Below are positions 53,601 through 64,000 of a DNA stretch of 64,000 bases, piece by piece. The translations under genes were made by a program, and so were the position numbers. The notes below the pieces were generated by a model. That model ran no database searches. It was not told the DNA's origin and saw only the letters and a program-made list of their open reading frames with translations. Numbering within the stretch: the stretch's first letter is position 1; every line of letters starts with the position of its first letter. The DNA is from Nitrospirota bacterium. GTDB lineage: Bacteria; Nitrospirota; UBA9217. The stretch spans positions 64,001 to 128,000 of the forward strand of contig CAWBNQ010000001.1 of assembly GCA_963790205.1 (NCBI GenBank), given 5' to 3'.

Positions 53601-55964
53601 CTACAACCCCGTTTTTGCAGCTCCCTCGTCCAGGGTCTCTCTCACCAGCCTCAGGAGATCGGCGGGTGAAACCGGCTTTGAAATAAAGCTGAAGCCCTCC
53701 TCGATGAACCGCTTCTTATAAAGGATGTCCGCCGTATAGCCGCTCGAAAAAATGACCTTTATATCAGGGCGGTCCTTTCGGATTTCTTCATAAACTTCTT
53801 TCCCGTTCTTTTTCGGCATGATGACGTCGAGAATGAGGAGCCGGACCCGGTCCCGGCTCCTCGCAAATACGCCGACGGCGTCCTCGCCGTCCGCCGCCTC
53901 GATCACCGTGTATCCGGACTGTTCGAGCGTCTCTTTCACGAGCGCCCGAACAACGGCGTCGTCCTCCGCGATGAGGACCGTTTCCGTTCCTCCCGAGGCC
54001 GGGAGAAGAACCTTGTCGGTTTCCGTCCTGGAGACCTCATCTCCGGTAGCCGGCAGGTATATCCTGAACGCAGTTCCCTTGCCCGGCTCGCTGGAACAGG
54101 TTATGTACCCCTTATGCTGTTTCACGATTCCATATACGATCGAAAGACCGAGTCCCGTTCCCTTGCCCACTTCCTTCGTCGTAAAGAACGGCTCGAATAT
54201 CCTCTCTTTCGTTTTTCCATCCATGCCTGCGCCCGTGTCGGTGACGGAGATGAGGGCATACTGTCCGGGCTTTCCGTACCCGTGCACCTTTACGAACTCG
54301 TGGTCCAATATGGCCTTCCCGGTACGTATGGTCAGGCTTCCCCCTTCGGACATTGCGTCCCTCGCATTGGTTGCCAGGTTCACGAGGACCTGTTCAAGCT
54401 GGCCGCTGTCCGCCAGTACGGTCAAATGGTCGTCCGCGAGAATGACCTTCATTTCAACGTCCTCGCCGATAAGCCGGCGGAGGAGCTTCTCAACCTTCTC
54501 AATGATCTTGTTCACGTGCACCGATTTGGGACTGATCACCTGCTTCCTGCTGAAGGCGAGAAGACCCTGTGTGAGGTTGGCCGCCCTCTGCGCGGAATCG
54601 AGTATCTGCAGCAGATACCTTCTCAAGGGATCGTCATCGACCATCTTCATTTTCATGAGACTTCCATAGCCGATGATCGCCGTAAGAATATTATTAAAAT
54701 CATGGGCAATGCCTCCCGCAAGCTGGCCCACGGCCTCCATCTTCTGTGCATGTCGGAGTTGATCCTCGAGCTTCTTTTTCTCCGTGGTATTATTAACGAT
54801 CTCTATGGCGGAAATCGTCTGCCCCGACGGGTCTTTTAACGGATACGACTTCGTCTCCACATAAATGGGGCTCTTCTCCTTGTCCTGGTGAATATGGAGC
54901 GCTGTATGGGGTTCTCCCGTATCGAACGCGCGTTTCACCGAACAGTGCTCGCCCATCTCATAGCAGGGTTTATCGTTTCGATGCGAGATCTCATAGCAAT
55001 GCCTGCCGGTAACTTCATCCAACGGCATTTTGACCTGATTGAGATAGGCCTTGTTGGCGGCTATGATCCGGTAGTCGCGGTCGATGACCACGAACCCCTC
55101 GTCCACGGTTTCAAGGATGTCCCGTATGAATCGCTCGCTCTTCAGCAGCGCCTCTTCCATCTGCTTGCGCCCGGTAATGTCGCGGCTGACCGCCACCAGC
55201 CCGATGAGCTTGCCCCGGGCGTCACGGATGGGCGCCTTAATCGTATCGAGAAACATCTTCTTGCCGTCACTGCCGGCGGCCTGTTCTTCAACCTGGGTTG
55301 GCTTGGGGCTCCAGAGCGCCTTTTCATCGCTCTTTCTGCAAAAATCGGCCAGATCGGGAGAAAGTACTTCTTCATTGGTCTTGCCCACCAATGCCTCGCG
55401 CTTCAAGCCCGTATATGCCTCTACCGCTTTATTCACCACCAGATGCCTGCCCTGAAGGTCCTTGAATACAACCAGGTCCGGCATTGCGTTGATCAGGGCC
55501 TGCAGGTTGGCGTTCATTTCCATGAGCGCTCGCTCGGTCCGTTTGCGCTCGGTGATATCACGCCATATCGTGTGAAACGCCGGGCGCCCGGATAGGGTCA
55601 TCAACTGTGTAATCACATGCACATCCCGTATGTCCCCGGTTTTTGTTTTATGCCTGACCTCGAATTCGTCGCTTCCGTGTTCAATGACTTTTTTGATGCT
55701 GGCTTGTATTTCCTCAATACTCTGATAGGGATCGATGTCGGAGAGATGAAGACCCTTGAATTCCTCACGCGAGTAACCCAGTTGACGGTGGGCCGTTTCA
55801 TTGAACTCGACGATATGCCCGTTGAGATCGATGATCAATATGCCGTCAGGGGATTGATTGAAGAGAGTATGATAGAGCAGCTCCGCTTCGCGGAGCTTTT
55901 CCTCCGCTGTTTGTTTTCCGGCTGCGGCCGGTTTTTTTATCTCTACTTCATCGTCTTGTTTCAT
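53601..55964 (-). CDS. Cytoplasmic PAS(x3) hybrid histidine kinase with receiver
   Basis: PAS repeats, [11 protein letters not shown], HATPase, C-terminal REC. Confidence 0.93.
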   Translation of the reverse strand: MKQDDEVEIKKPAAAGKQTAEEKLREAELLYHTLFNQSPDGILIIDLNGHIVEFNETAHRQLGYSREEFKGLHLSDIDPYQSIEEIQASIKKVIEHGSDEFEVRHKTKTGDIRDVHVITQLMTLSGRPAFHTIWRDITERKRTERALMEMNANLQALINAMPDLVVFKDLQGRHLVVNKAVEAYTGLKREALVGKTNEEVLSPDLADFCRKSDEKALWSPKPTQVEEQAAGSDGKKMFLDTIKAPIRDARGKLIGLVAVSRDITGRKQMEEALLKSERFIRDILETVDEGFVVIDRDYRIIAANKAYLNQVKMPLDEVTGRHCYEISHRNDKPCYEMGEHCSVKRAFDTGEPHTALHIHQDKEKSPIYVETKSYPLKDPSGQTISAIEIVNNTTEKKKLEDQLRHAQKMEAVGQLAGGIAHDFNNILTAIIGYGSLMKMKMVDDDPLRRYLLQILDSAQRAANLTQGLLAFSRKQVISPKSVHVNKIIEKVEKLLRRLIGEDVEMKVILADDHLTVLADSGQLEQVLVNLATNARDAMSEGGSLTIRTGKAILDHEFVKVHGYGKPGQYALISVTDTGAGMDGKTKERIFEPFFTTKEVGKGTGLGLSIVYGIVKQHKGYITCSSEPGKGTAFRIYLPATGDEVSRTETDKVLLPASGGTETVLIAEDDAVVRALVKETLEQSGYTVIEAADGEDAVGVFARSRDRVRLLILDVIMPKKNGKEVYEEIRKDRPDIKVIFSSGYTADILYKKRFIEEGFSFISKPVSPADLLRLVRETLDEGAAKTGL

Positions 55965-56086
55965 GAATCGGGCCTCTGACGCCGGAATATTTTAGCAATT
56001 ATATTACACTTGTTTGTTGGCTTTTAAAACGGAAAAAGCGGCGGATCCGGCTGGCCGCGGCCTGAGGTTGAAAAAACAAGAGTCAC

Positions 56087-56118
56087 AAAAAAGGCCCTTC
56101 TGGTTTCAGAAGGGCCTT
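56087..56118 (-). terminator. Intrinsic terminator
   Basis: AAGGCCCTTCTG...CAGAAGGGCCTT plus U-tract on the minus strand. Confidence 0.8.
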
Positions 56119-56132
56119 CGCTGTTTCTCTCT

Positions 56133-56684
56133 CTACCACCATCCCGGCGGGGGCGGCCAGGGCCCCCAGTAGGGATTATACCAGTACGGATAAGGGTAGT
56201 AGGGATAATAATAGGGGTATGGATACATATTGTAGTACTGCTGCTCTTCGAAGAGATGGATCTGTTTGATCTCGAAAACCGGGTAGTCATACTCCATTTC
56301 GTCTATCTTGCCCTTTCGTATCTCTCGAAACTCGCCTGCGAGCGTGACCTCTCTCCCCTTCTTGTACACGAGGGGATCTAAAAGCGCCTTGCCCTTGGGG
56401 TACACGGCCAGGAACCTTCCATTCGAACGGTCATTCTCCATAAGGTACCCGGAGGAATCGACCGGCACCGCGAGCACCTCGAGCTGCGAGCCCTGCTCCG
56501 TAAAGCGCGTCTCGACGATCAGTCCTCCGAGGATATAGAGTCTTCCCTTATAGGCGTCAGGGTTCGCCCGGAGCTCATCGAACGATACATTTCGCTGCCC
56601 CTCCCTCATGAGCTGCCGGTCCAGCACCGGGGCGCAGGAAGCAAGGAGAAGGGAAACAATTCCTATGGCAATAAATCTTTTCAT
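56133..56684 (-). CDS. Slp-family outer-membrane lipoprotein
   Basis: Lipobox LASC; GG.IV, GRFLA, LDP.VY.KGREVT; Tyr/Pro-rich tail. Confidence 0.85.
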   Translation of the reverse strand: MKRFIAIGIVSLLLASCAPVLDRQLMREGQRNVSFDELRANPDAYKGRLYILGGLIVETRFTEQGSQLEVLAVPVDSSGYLMENDRSNGRFLAVYPKGKALLDPLVYKKGREVTLAGEFREIRKGKIDEMEYDYPVFEIKQIHLFEEQQYYNMYPYPYYYPYYPYPYWYNPYWGPWPPPPGWW

Positions 56685-56715
56685 AATATTATTATGAAAT
56701 CGAATAGGCGCCGTG

Positions 56716-58050
56716 TCAAGTTTTATCGTTATAGTACTTAGGATAGATTTTTTGCGCGCATTCCGGGCAGATGCCGTGGCTGAATTCGGCTTCCGAATGC
56801 TGCTCAACGTAGGATTCAATCTGGTTCCAATAGCCCTTATCGTCGCGGATCCGTTTGCAGGAGGCGCAGATGGGCAGCATTCCGCTTAATGTTTTGATTT
56901 TAGACAACGCATCCATGTGATCGATAATGAGCTGCTCCCGTTCCTGTTCCAGCTCTTTCCGCTCGGTGATGTCGCGAAAAGAGGTAGCCGAGGCGGTAAC
57001 AGTGCCGTTTTCTAAAATCGGGCTGCTGACGACGGAGATCGGGAATATTGTACCGTCTTTCCGCACGAACACTTCATCGGTGGACATAAAAGTTACCCCA
57101 GTGGTTATCACATTATGTATTTCACATTCTTCTAGCGGCAGGGCAGTTCCGTCCGCCCTATGGGAATGGACAAGGTTGTGGGCGCCTTTTTTATTAAGCT
57201 CGTCCATCGTCCATCCCAGAAGACGCTCCGCCTCGGGGTTCATGAACGTGATCGTCCCCTGCCTGTCCATGACATAAAGGCCTTCAGCCAGATGCGACGT
57301 GATGTCCCGTAGTTTTTTTTCACTTGCCCGCAGACCGAGTTCCGCTTCTTTGCGCTTTTCGATCATCACATTAAAGGCATCGCCGAGTTGCCCTATCTCG
57401 TCCGACCCGCGGCTATGGATCATATAATCCAGATTGCCTCTACCAACGGCCGTTGCCGCATGCACAAGTTCCTTTACCGGCTTCGTGATCGCAGCGGCAA
57501 GGAATACGGCAAGGCCGCTCCCGGCAAGCAGGACCATGAGGATGATTCCCAGCAGCAGCCCGATGATCGCGTCGACGTCTTGTTTGATGGGATATTCAGC
57601 CATGCCCACATGCACGAAACCGGCCTGCCCCCTCATGAGCGGCACGCCGAAGTCGAGGATGGCCCCCTTTTCTGTTTCGAGACGCTCGATGCGATACCCT
57701 CGCCCGTTCACCGCGTTGTGTATCGTTTTAAGGTCCGCGGGAAAGCCCTGCTCAAACGTGTGCGCCACGACCTCGTTGCGCCCGTTAAGAATGAAGACGT
57801 ATTCCACGTCCTTCTCCGAATTTTTCAAGTCCCTCACCATCATGTTGAGCTCAAAAAACTTCTCGGTCAGGAGCGGATTGATGCTGTCGCCGGCGACAGT
57901 CTTGGCTATGAAAACGCCTCTTTTCTCGAGAGTGGCCGCAAGCTTATCATACACGACGGTCCTAACGAAGATCACCACCGCCAGGCCGAGCAGAGCCACG
58001 AGCCCTATGGTTCCAACGAGAATCTTGGTCTGTAAGCGCTTGATTCGCAT
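56716..58050 (-). CDS. Membrane HAMP-PAS sensor with C-terminal Cys/His domain; no kinase domain
   Basis: Two TM, HAMP, PAS, LPICASCKRIRDD.GYW...SHGICPEC. Confidence 0.85.
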   Translation of the reverse strand: MRIKRLQTKILVGTIGLVALLGLAVVIFVRTVVYDKLAATLEKRGVFIAKTVAGDSINPLLTEKFFELNMMVRDLKNSEKDVEYVFILNGRNEVVAHTFEQGFPADLKTIHNAVNGRGYRIERLETEKGAILDFGVPLMRGQAGFVHVGMAEYPIKQDVDAIIGLLLGIILMVLLAGSGLAVFLAAAITKPVKELVHAATAVGRGNLDYMIHSRGSDEIGQLGDAFNVMIEKRKEAELGLRASEKKLRDITSHLAEGLYVMDRQGTITFMNPEAERLLGWTMDELNKKGAHNLVHSHRADGTALPLEECEIHNVITTGVTFMSTDEVFVRKDGTIFPISVVSSPILENGTVTASATSFRDITERKELEQEREQLIIDHMDALSKIKTLSGMLPICASCKRIRDDKGYWNQIESYVEQHSEAEFSHGICPECAQKIYPKYYNDKT

Positions 58051-58056
58051 GTTCGT

Positions 58057-59001
58057 CTACCGCGTGTTTTCGCGCTCCTTGTGCCTGGATATCCAGGACT
58101 TCATTTCCCGCACGGAGTCATATGCGCTGTCTTCAATAACAACGAACTTATCGATCATCATTTTGTCGAGCAGCTCTTTGCCGCGCTCATCGCGGCGGGC
58201 GTTCAGGAAGACGGCGCGCAACTCCTTTTTCAATGCGGGGCCCAGGCCCTTGCGGACCACGACGGGGGGGACGGCATAGGGAGGAGATTTTTCAATGATC
58301 TTCGTCTTCGCGGTCAATTCAGGATTGGTCCGATTAACGTATTCCCAGATGAGACTGTCCACGGACGCGCCGTCCGCCACTCCCTGGGCCACGGCCTTGA
58401 TCGACTTGTCATGGGCATAGGTATAGATGGTCTTTTTAAAGAAGGTCTCCGGCGTTTCATTCATTTTCGCCAGCATGTACTCGGGGACGATCTTGCCGGT
58501 ATTGGAAAGCGGGTCCGCAAAGGCGAACGTCTTTCCGCGCAGGCCCTTAAAGCCTTTTATCGGACTATCTTTTGCAACGATAATGTAGGCATAATAAACG
58601 GTTTTTCGATACGCCTGGGGCGCTGCCAGAAGCTCCATGCCGAACTCATCATGGCCGTCCACATAGGGCCCGCTGCAAACAAAGGCGACGTCTATTTGGC
58701 CCGACTTCATAAGCATGTTGATATCGTCGTATTTTTCCCGGTCGATAAACTCCACGGGCCTCTTCAGTTTTTCCCCGACATAGTCGATAAATGCGCGGTA
58801 ATACACAAAGCCTTCTCTCGGCGTGATCATGCCGCCCACGGCAATGCGCAGCGGTTTTTCCTTCCGCCCTTCCGAGCGTTGTTGCGTTACCTCTCTTTTT
58901 TCGAGGCTTATTTTTTTTGAGGTCCCGTTATTATTGCAGCCGAGGAGTACCGCGACTGAAGCGCATACAAGTCCGAGCCAGACCGTTTTCTTCAACAACA
59001 T
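58057..59001 (-). CDS. PhnD-family substrate-binding lipoprotein
   Basis: Lipobox LLGC; AFVCSGPY, FADPLSNTG, HDKSIKAV. Confidence 0.85.
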   Translation of the reverse strand: MLLKKTVWLGLVCASVAVLLGCNNNGTSKKISLEKREVTQQRSEGRKEKPLRIAVGGMITPREGFVYYRAFIDYVGEKLKRPVEFIDREKYDDINMLMKSGQIDVAFVCSGPYVDGHDEFGMELLAAPQAYRKTVYYAYIIVAKDSPIKGFKGLRGKTFAFADPLSNTGKIVPEYMLAKMNETPETFFKKTIYTYAHDKSIKAVAQGVADGASVDSLIWEYVNRTNPELTAKTKIIEKSPPYAVPPVVVRKGLGPALKKELRAVFLNARRDERGKELLDKMMIDKFVVIEDSAYDSVREMKSWISRHKERENTR

Positions 59002-59369
59002 ACCTCCCCCCGGGTAAGCGTATTGACCAACTTCATTCGAAAGCAAAGTTCTCTTAACGATCGAACGTATGACATTATACCACCCTTTACAAGGCATGAT
59101 ATATTCAGCCGGCAGAACCGGCGGATTTCTTTATTGACACTAAGCACGAGAAAGCGGGCACAGATTATAAAACTATAACTTTAGACTTAATTATAATTAT
59201 ACCCTATTTTAGGCACCGTTTGAGCGGAAGAGGTGCGGTGCGTCATAACTGCAAGACACAGCGGAGTGGGAATAACGGAAGATGGTTGCAAGAGGTACCA
59301 TAACCCTTTGATTTATGAATAACAATGCTCACGTTTAAATCATCGGCCTGGGGCGAGCGCCAGGAGGTA

Positions 59370-59714
59370 TTACCCCGGCGACTGCCCTGCTTCGAGAAGA
59401 CTGATGATCGGCTCCGCAGGATGCGGGAGTCCTGCTATCTTCCATGCGATAAGCGGGTTAATGAACTTTTCCTTGACGCAGTCTTTCGCCTCATGGACCC
59501 TTTTACAGATCTGGTTCACGATAGGGAAAAAATCATAGGTCTGGTAGTACCACCGGATGAATTTCAGCATGTTCATCCTGTCGGGGCCCAGTTCCTCGAT
59601 CCCCTCCCTCGCCGCAATGGACTGCGCCACCTCCTCATCCCAATCGTCAAAATGCAGAAGACAACCGTCTTCATCCACCTCGACCTTTTTCTTTTCATAT
59701 TGCAAGAGCGGCAT
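59370..59714 (-). CDS. TusE/DsrC-family protein lacking the C-terminal cysteines
   Basis: VDEDG.L...DW.EEVA..IA..EGI, FIR.YY, KIAGLP.P. Confidence 0.82.
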   Translation of the reverse strand: MPLLQYEKKKVEVDEDGCLLHFDDWDEEVAQSIAAREGIEELGPDRMNMLKFIRWYYQTYDFFPIVNQICKRVHEAKDCVKEKFINPLIAWKIAGLPHPAEPIISLLEAGQSPG

Positions 59715-59937
59715 AATGGGCCTCCTTCTCCCGTGATTCAGGACATTTAATGTCCCCTCTTCTTTAATTGTAGAGCCGGTTCATGAGGTCTGTCAAGGCG
59801 GTTTCCGGCTCGGAAACCGCTCCGGCCTCCCCGGCGGCCGGCCCACATCCGGTCTTTCGGCCGGATAAAAGTCTAATTTATTTGCATACGCCCATCCGCC
59901 ATGTTATACTTGGAAAAATCACAAGCAGGAGGCCCCC

Positions 59938-60201
59938 ATGGGACCCGCCAGGCCGAAAATAAAACTCTATACACTCAGCACCTGCTCACATTGCAGCCGC
60001 GCAAAACGGTTTTTCAAGGACTGCGGCATCGATGTGGAATTTACGGATGTCGATCTTCTGAGCGAAGGCGAACGGGCGGCCATCCTCGATGTAGTGCGAA
60101 AGCTCAACCCCGATTGCAGCTTCCCGACGATCTGCATCGGCGATATCATTATTGTGGGCTTCAACGAAGAAAAACTTCGAAAGGCACTGGATCTCTCATG
60201 A
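59938..60201 (+). CDS. Glutaredoxin-like protein
   Basis: LYTLSTCSHC, SFPTI, VGF. Confidence 0.9.
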   Translation: MGPARPKIKLYTLSTCSHCSRAKRFFKDCGIDVEFTDVDLLSEGERAAILDVVRKLNPDCSFPTICIGDIIIVGFNEEKLRKALDLS

Positions 60202-60530
60202 CGCCCGACAAGCTGTATGACATCCTGTCCCGGTACGCTGAATCGCAGGGCATACGCCTGAACAAGGACAGGCCCTTTGTCGTGGATATCCTCCAGGGCC
60301 TGCTCACGAACGAGGACCGGTACGGCTATCGCTCCTGCCCGTGCCGCCTTGCATGGGGCGTGAAGGAAAAGGACGCGGACGTCGTCTGCCCCTGCGTGTA
60401 CCGCGATCCGGACATTAGGGAATATGGGAGCTGCTTTTGCGGATTATACGTGTCCGTGGAATGGAACGAGGGGAAAATCCCTCTTCAGCAGGTTCCTGAG
60501 CGAAGACCGAAAGAAAAAAGGATGATGTAA
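60198..60530 (+). CDS. Ferredoxin:thioredoxin/disulfide reductase catalytic subunit
   Basis: YG..SCPCR, CPC, GSCFCGLY; ATGA overlap with glutaredoxin. Confidence 0.9.
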   Translation: MTPDKLYDILSRYAESQGIRLNKDRPFVVDILQGLLTNEDRYGYRSCPCRLAWGVKEKDADVVCPCVYRDPDIREYGSCFCGLYVSVEWNEGKIPLQQVPERRPKEKRMM

Positions 60531-60533
60531 AAA

Positions 60534-60606
60534 CGATACAGGATGCAGGCTTTCGGATGTGAAGCAAGTCGGTCATCATGCATCGTGTATCATGGATCAC
60601 GCATCG
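60534..60606. repeat. GATGCA/TGCATC heptamer inverted spacer
   Basis: cgatacaggatgcagg / catcatgcatcgtgtatcatggatcacgcatc; same family as 51200. Confidence 0.7.
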
Positions 60607-60642
60607 GGGAGCAATGATGCTAATTGTGCAAAGGAACGGACG

Positions 60643-61032
60643 ATGAAAAAAAAGGATAAGACGAAGAAACAGGATATGCCCGAATTTGCTTTTAAGGAGT
60701 TCACTCCCGAGGAGAGCAGCATCTACGAGGAAGCAGTGAACAAGTTCCGCGAGGCCGTTTCTGGAGGGAAGACGCTCAAGCAAGCGTACGAAAGCTACGC
60801 CGTCGCGGACCAGGAGTTGCGGTCCCTCATTCAGGCAGATTTCTTAAAGATCCTGATCGCCGAGCGGCACTTCGCGCAGCAACAGCCCCTGGAGAAGGTC
60901 GCCAAGGACCTTGATGTCTCGCTGGAGCTCCTCATGGACACCCATGCCCGGATGCTCCAGGAGGTCGGCGTGGCCGCGGCCGACCAGTTCAGCCGGGAGC
61001 ATGGCCCGCTGGGGCCCAAAGCGAACGATTAA
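60643..61032 (+). CDS. Hypothetical protein
   Basis: Coherent codon usage, AAGGA RBS; no motif recognised. Confidence 0.7.
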   Translation: MKKKDKTKKQDMPEFAFKEFTPEESSIYEEAVNKFREAVSGGKTLKQAYESYAVADQELRSLIQADFLKILIAERHFAQQQPLEKVAKDLDVSLELLMDTHARMLQEVGVAAADQFSREHGPLGPKAND

Positions 61033-61167
61033 GAAAAGCCGATTCGGTGACACAAAATTTCTAAAAATATGCTTATTCTCGCGTCTCCGCGTCCGTTTTG
61101 TGCCCCTGCGGCCCTTCCTACCATTATATCCATAGTTACGACCCCTTCGTTGACGTTGCACGAGCTG

Positions 61168-61869
61168 TTATACCTCACCCCCGTGGCATCCACGGCGGCC
61201 GCTGCATAACCGCTTCACCAAAAAAAACCCCACGCTGAACCCGCCGATATGCGCCCACCAGGCAATGCCGCCGCCCGTGTTTGTGACCGTGAGCGCTACC
61301 GCACCCGAAAGGAGTTGCATAAAGAACCAGAACCCCATGAACAGGAATGCCGGCACTTCGAAGAAGAGCGGAAAGAACAGGACCGGCACGAGCGTTACGA
61401 TCCTCGCGCGGGGAAAGAGCCGCAGATAGGCGGCCATCACGCCGGCGATGGCGCCGGACGCGCCGATGACCGGCATCGTTGAGTCCTGGTTCACCCAGAA
61501 GTAGACCAGGTTCGCTGCCACACCGGCCAGGAGATAAAAGAACAGGAACCGGCAATGCCCCAGCCGGTCCTCCACGTTGTCGCCGAAGAGGTAAAGAAAC
61601 CACATGTTGCCGATGATGTGCAGCCATCCTCCGTGCAGGAACAGGTTAGTGACGAAGGGCCAGTACGCGTCCAACTGTACGCCAAGGAGGTGCGCCCAGC
61701 GGTGGTGCGAATACCGCGCCGGCACCAGGCCGAAGAGATAGATGAAATCGTTCCGGGTGCGAGCCGGCAGGGATAGTTCAAAGGCGAACACCAGCAGGTT
61801 CATGATGATGATCAATAGGGTAGCGAAGGGATAGGTCCTGCGCGGGACGGTGTCCTTGATCGGGATCAT
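61168..61869 (-). CDS. Rhomboid intramembrane serine protease
   Basis: FLHGGWLHIIGNM, GASGAIAG, AHIGGF. Confidence 0.93.
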   Translation of the reverse strand: MIPIKDTVPRRTYPFATLLIIIMNLLVFAFELSLPARTRNDFIYLFGLVPARYSHHRWAHLLGVQLDAYWPFVTNLFLHGGWLHIIGNMWFLYLFGDNVEDRLGHCRFLFFYLLAGVAANLVYFWVNQDSTMPVIGASGAIAGVMAAYLRLFPRARIVTLVPVLFFPLFFEVPAFLFMGFWFFMQLLSGAVALTVTNTGGGIAWWAHIGGFSVGFFLVKRLCSGRRGCHGGEV

Positions 61870-62017
61870 ACATTAATTATAGTGTAAAAAAAGTCTAGAG
61901 GTGCCGGCCGGGGCCAGGTTAGGAAATGCGGGGACAACAAGTTCGCACCACACGACTGCATGGCAAAATAAAAAGGCCGCCCGAAGGCTGCCTGAACGTG
62001 TCCCCCTTTGCTGCTCG

Positions 62018-62698
62018 CTAGAAAGCGAACATCAGGCCGAGCGTCAGTCCGGAAAAGGTGTCCTTGACGTTTGAATCATTTCCTTCATTCGTTTCATATT
62101 TGTATCCGAACGTGCCGGCGGCTTCCCTGGTGAAACCGAACTTGACCCCTACCTCGAATATCCATCCCGGGCTGTCCTCCTCAAAGACTGAGCCCGGGCC
62201 GGCCCCGCCCGTCTCTTTGAATCTCGTGAAGAGATAGTCGAGTTTGCCGAAAAATGAGAGGTTATAGTCCATCCGCGCGACTGCTTTGACGCCGATGAGA
62301 GGTCCGTACACAGTATCTTTCACTCCCGCTTCCCGATCTTCGAATGATGAGTTTTTGTACCCGGCCAGCACGCCGAACTCGGGAACGATCATATAGCCGA
62401 TTGCCAGTTCCAGGTCCTGACGGTCGAAATTTGTGCCATCGCTAAAACCATAACTCGACGTAGAAACAAGGTACGACCCTTCCACAAACACCTGACTCGG
62501 AAACTGCGCCTCTATCGTGGGGCCGAAGAGTGTCGCAGTGTCCGAGGTAATGCTCGCAAACCCCGGAACGTCGTGCGTCCAGTCGTTGAACCAGAACTTG
62601 GCCCCTACTTCGATTCCCGAGCCTTCTTCGGCGCGCGCCGCTCCGTTCCCCGCGATCAACAGCAGCGCTGCCACAGCTCCAATAAGAATACGTTTCAT
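62018..62698 (-). CDS. Outer-membrane beta-barrel protein
   Basis: Signal peptide, amphipathic strands, C-terminal Phe. Confidence 0.75.
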   Translation of the reverse strand: MKRILIGAVAALLLIAGNGAARAEEGSGIEVGAKFWFNDWTHDVPGFASITSDTATLFGPTIEAQFPSQVFVEGSYLVSTSSYGFSDGTNFDRQDLELAIGYMIVPEFGVLAGYKNSSFEDREAGVKDTVYGPLIGVKAVARMDYNLSFFGKLDYLFTRFKETGGAGPGSVFEEDSPGWIFEVGVKFGFTREAAGTFGYKYETNEGNDSNVKDTFSGLTLGLMFAF

Positions 62699-63078
62699 AA
62701 CATTCCTTCCTTGAAAATTAGGACATTAAGATACCGGCCACTCTGTTCCGAAATACCGTCAGGGACGAAGACGGAATAATTAAGTATGAGAAACTGATTT
62801 TTCGCTGATTGATCTTATTATTTCTTAAGTATAGTGCAGTTTATGCGAACTGGGGGATTATTTTTTGACAGGACATCGGACGAAATAACGTTGAATACGG
62901 ATGGAGGACTCGGATTGCTGGTCCTTTACAGTACAGTCGAGCATACTACGTCTCATGATTTACGTTCATACTCTTCACCACAACAAAGGGCAGCCGCTCA
63001 GGGCTGCCCCTACGATTCATACTTCTTTGCGCTTTCGCAGACCAATCCTTTTATTCCGCAATCCGAAATCAGAAATTG

Positions 63079-64000
63079 CTATTCCCACTCAATCGTACTC
63101 GGCGGTTTGGACGAGATATCGAAAACCACGCGGTTCACGCCCTTTACTTCGTTGATTATCCGGTTGGACATGACTCCCAGAAGGTCATAGGGGATCTTCG
63201 CCCAGTCCGCGGTCATGCCGTCTTGGCTCGTGACCGCCCGAATAGCGACCACATTCTCGTAGGTCCGCTCGTCTCCCATCACACCCACCGTCTTGATCGG
63301 AAGGAGCACGGCAAAGGACTGCCATATCTCCTTATACAGCCCTGCCTTCTTGATCTCCTCGATCACGATGGCGTCCGCTTCGCGCAATATCTTCAGCCTC
63401 GGCTCGGTCACTTCTCCCAGAATACGGATGGCAAGCCCGGGCCCGGGGAAGGGCTGGCGGTCGATGATGTCGTCAGGCATCTTCATCTCGCGGCCAATGG
63501 CGCGCACTTCGTCCTTGAACAGCTCCCTGAGCGGCTCTACCAGCTTGAGCTTCATCTTCTCGGGGAGCCCGCCGACATTGTGGTGGGACTTGATTATTGC
63601 CGAAGGTCCTTTGAACGAGACGCTCTCGATCACGTCGGGATAGAGCGTTCCCTGGACCAGGAACTCGGCCCCGCCCACGGTATGGGCTTCCCGCTCGAAG
63701 ACCTCGATAAAAGTGTTGCCGATGATTTTTCGCTTTTTCTCCGGGTCTTCCACCCCTTTGAGCTTGGAGAGGAATTCCGATGAAGCATCGACGTACTTAA
63801 GATTAAGCCCCATATCTTTAAAGGAAAGCTGCACTTTCACGGCCTCGTCTTTTCTCAGCACGCCGTTGTTGACGAAGATACAGGTGAGCTGTTTGCCAAT
63901 GGCCTTGTGCACAAGCACCGCTGCAACCGACGAATCCACTCCGCCCGAGAGGCCGCACACTGCCTGCTTGTTCCCTACGGTCTTCCTTATCTCTCCCACG
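63079..64000 (-). CDS. guaA: GMP synthase (3' part; runs off window end)
   Basis: [36 protein letters not shown]. Confidence 0.97.
   Translation of the reverse strand, partial: VGEIRKTVGNKQAVCGLSGGVDSSVAAVLVHKAIGKQLTCIFVNNGVLRKDEAVKVQLSFKDMGLNLKYVDASSEFLSKLKGVEDPEKKRKIIGNTFIEVFEREAHTVGGAEFLVQGTLYPDVIESVSFKGPSAIIKSHHNVGGLPEKMKLKLVEPLRELFKDEVRAIGREMKMPDDIIDRQPFPGPGLAIRILGEVTEPRLKILREADAIVIEEIKKAGLYKEIWQSFAVLLPIKTVGVMGDERTYENVVAIRAVTSQDGMTADWAKIPYDLLGVMSNRIINEVKGVNRVVFDISSKPPSTIEWE

Noticed and set aside
59901..60530. 209-aa fused ORF
   Set aside because: Better explained as glutaredoxin plus an ATGA-coupled reductase starting at 60198.

Overview
Mostly core chromosome of a GC-rich, probably anaerobic diderm bacterium. 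Gene content and style suggest Nitrospirota or a Desulfobacterota-like lineage; this is inference, not a database result. Housekeeping genes: ettA (partial), pfkA, radC, perR-fprA-rubredoxin, atpF'FHAGDC (no atpB/atpE in the window), nfnAB, uvrA, nadB, guaA (partial). Signalling genes include a CxxCH-containing histidine kinase, HD-GYP, REC-PilZ, a PAS hybrid kinase and a HAMP-PAS protein with a Cys/His tail. Accessory genes include an MmeI-type restriction-modification enzyme, a four-helix-bundle gene, a HEAT/GT2/YaiO/LTA-synthase-like surface polymer operon and a DUF2007 gene behind a lone attC-like site. No tRNA, rRNA, CRISPR array, transposase or integrase was recognised. Most notable: (1) periodic inverted-repeat arms in and upstream of the four-helix-bundle gene, plus about ten similar periodic repeat/hairpin spacers between conserved genes, including three atp junctions; (2) a displaced, decayed copy of the Ap4A phosphorylase 3' end marking insertion of the HD-GYP gene; (3) the solo attC-like cassette; (4) an unlisted rubredoxin and a frameshifted HI0933 gene. 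All product calls come from recognising motifs by eye.
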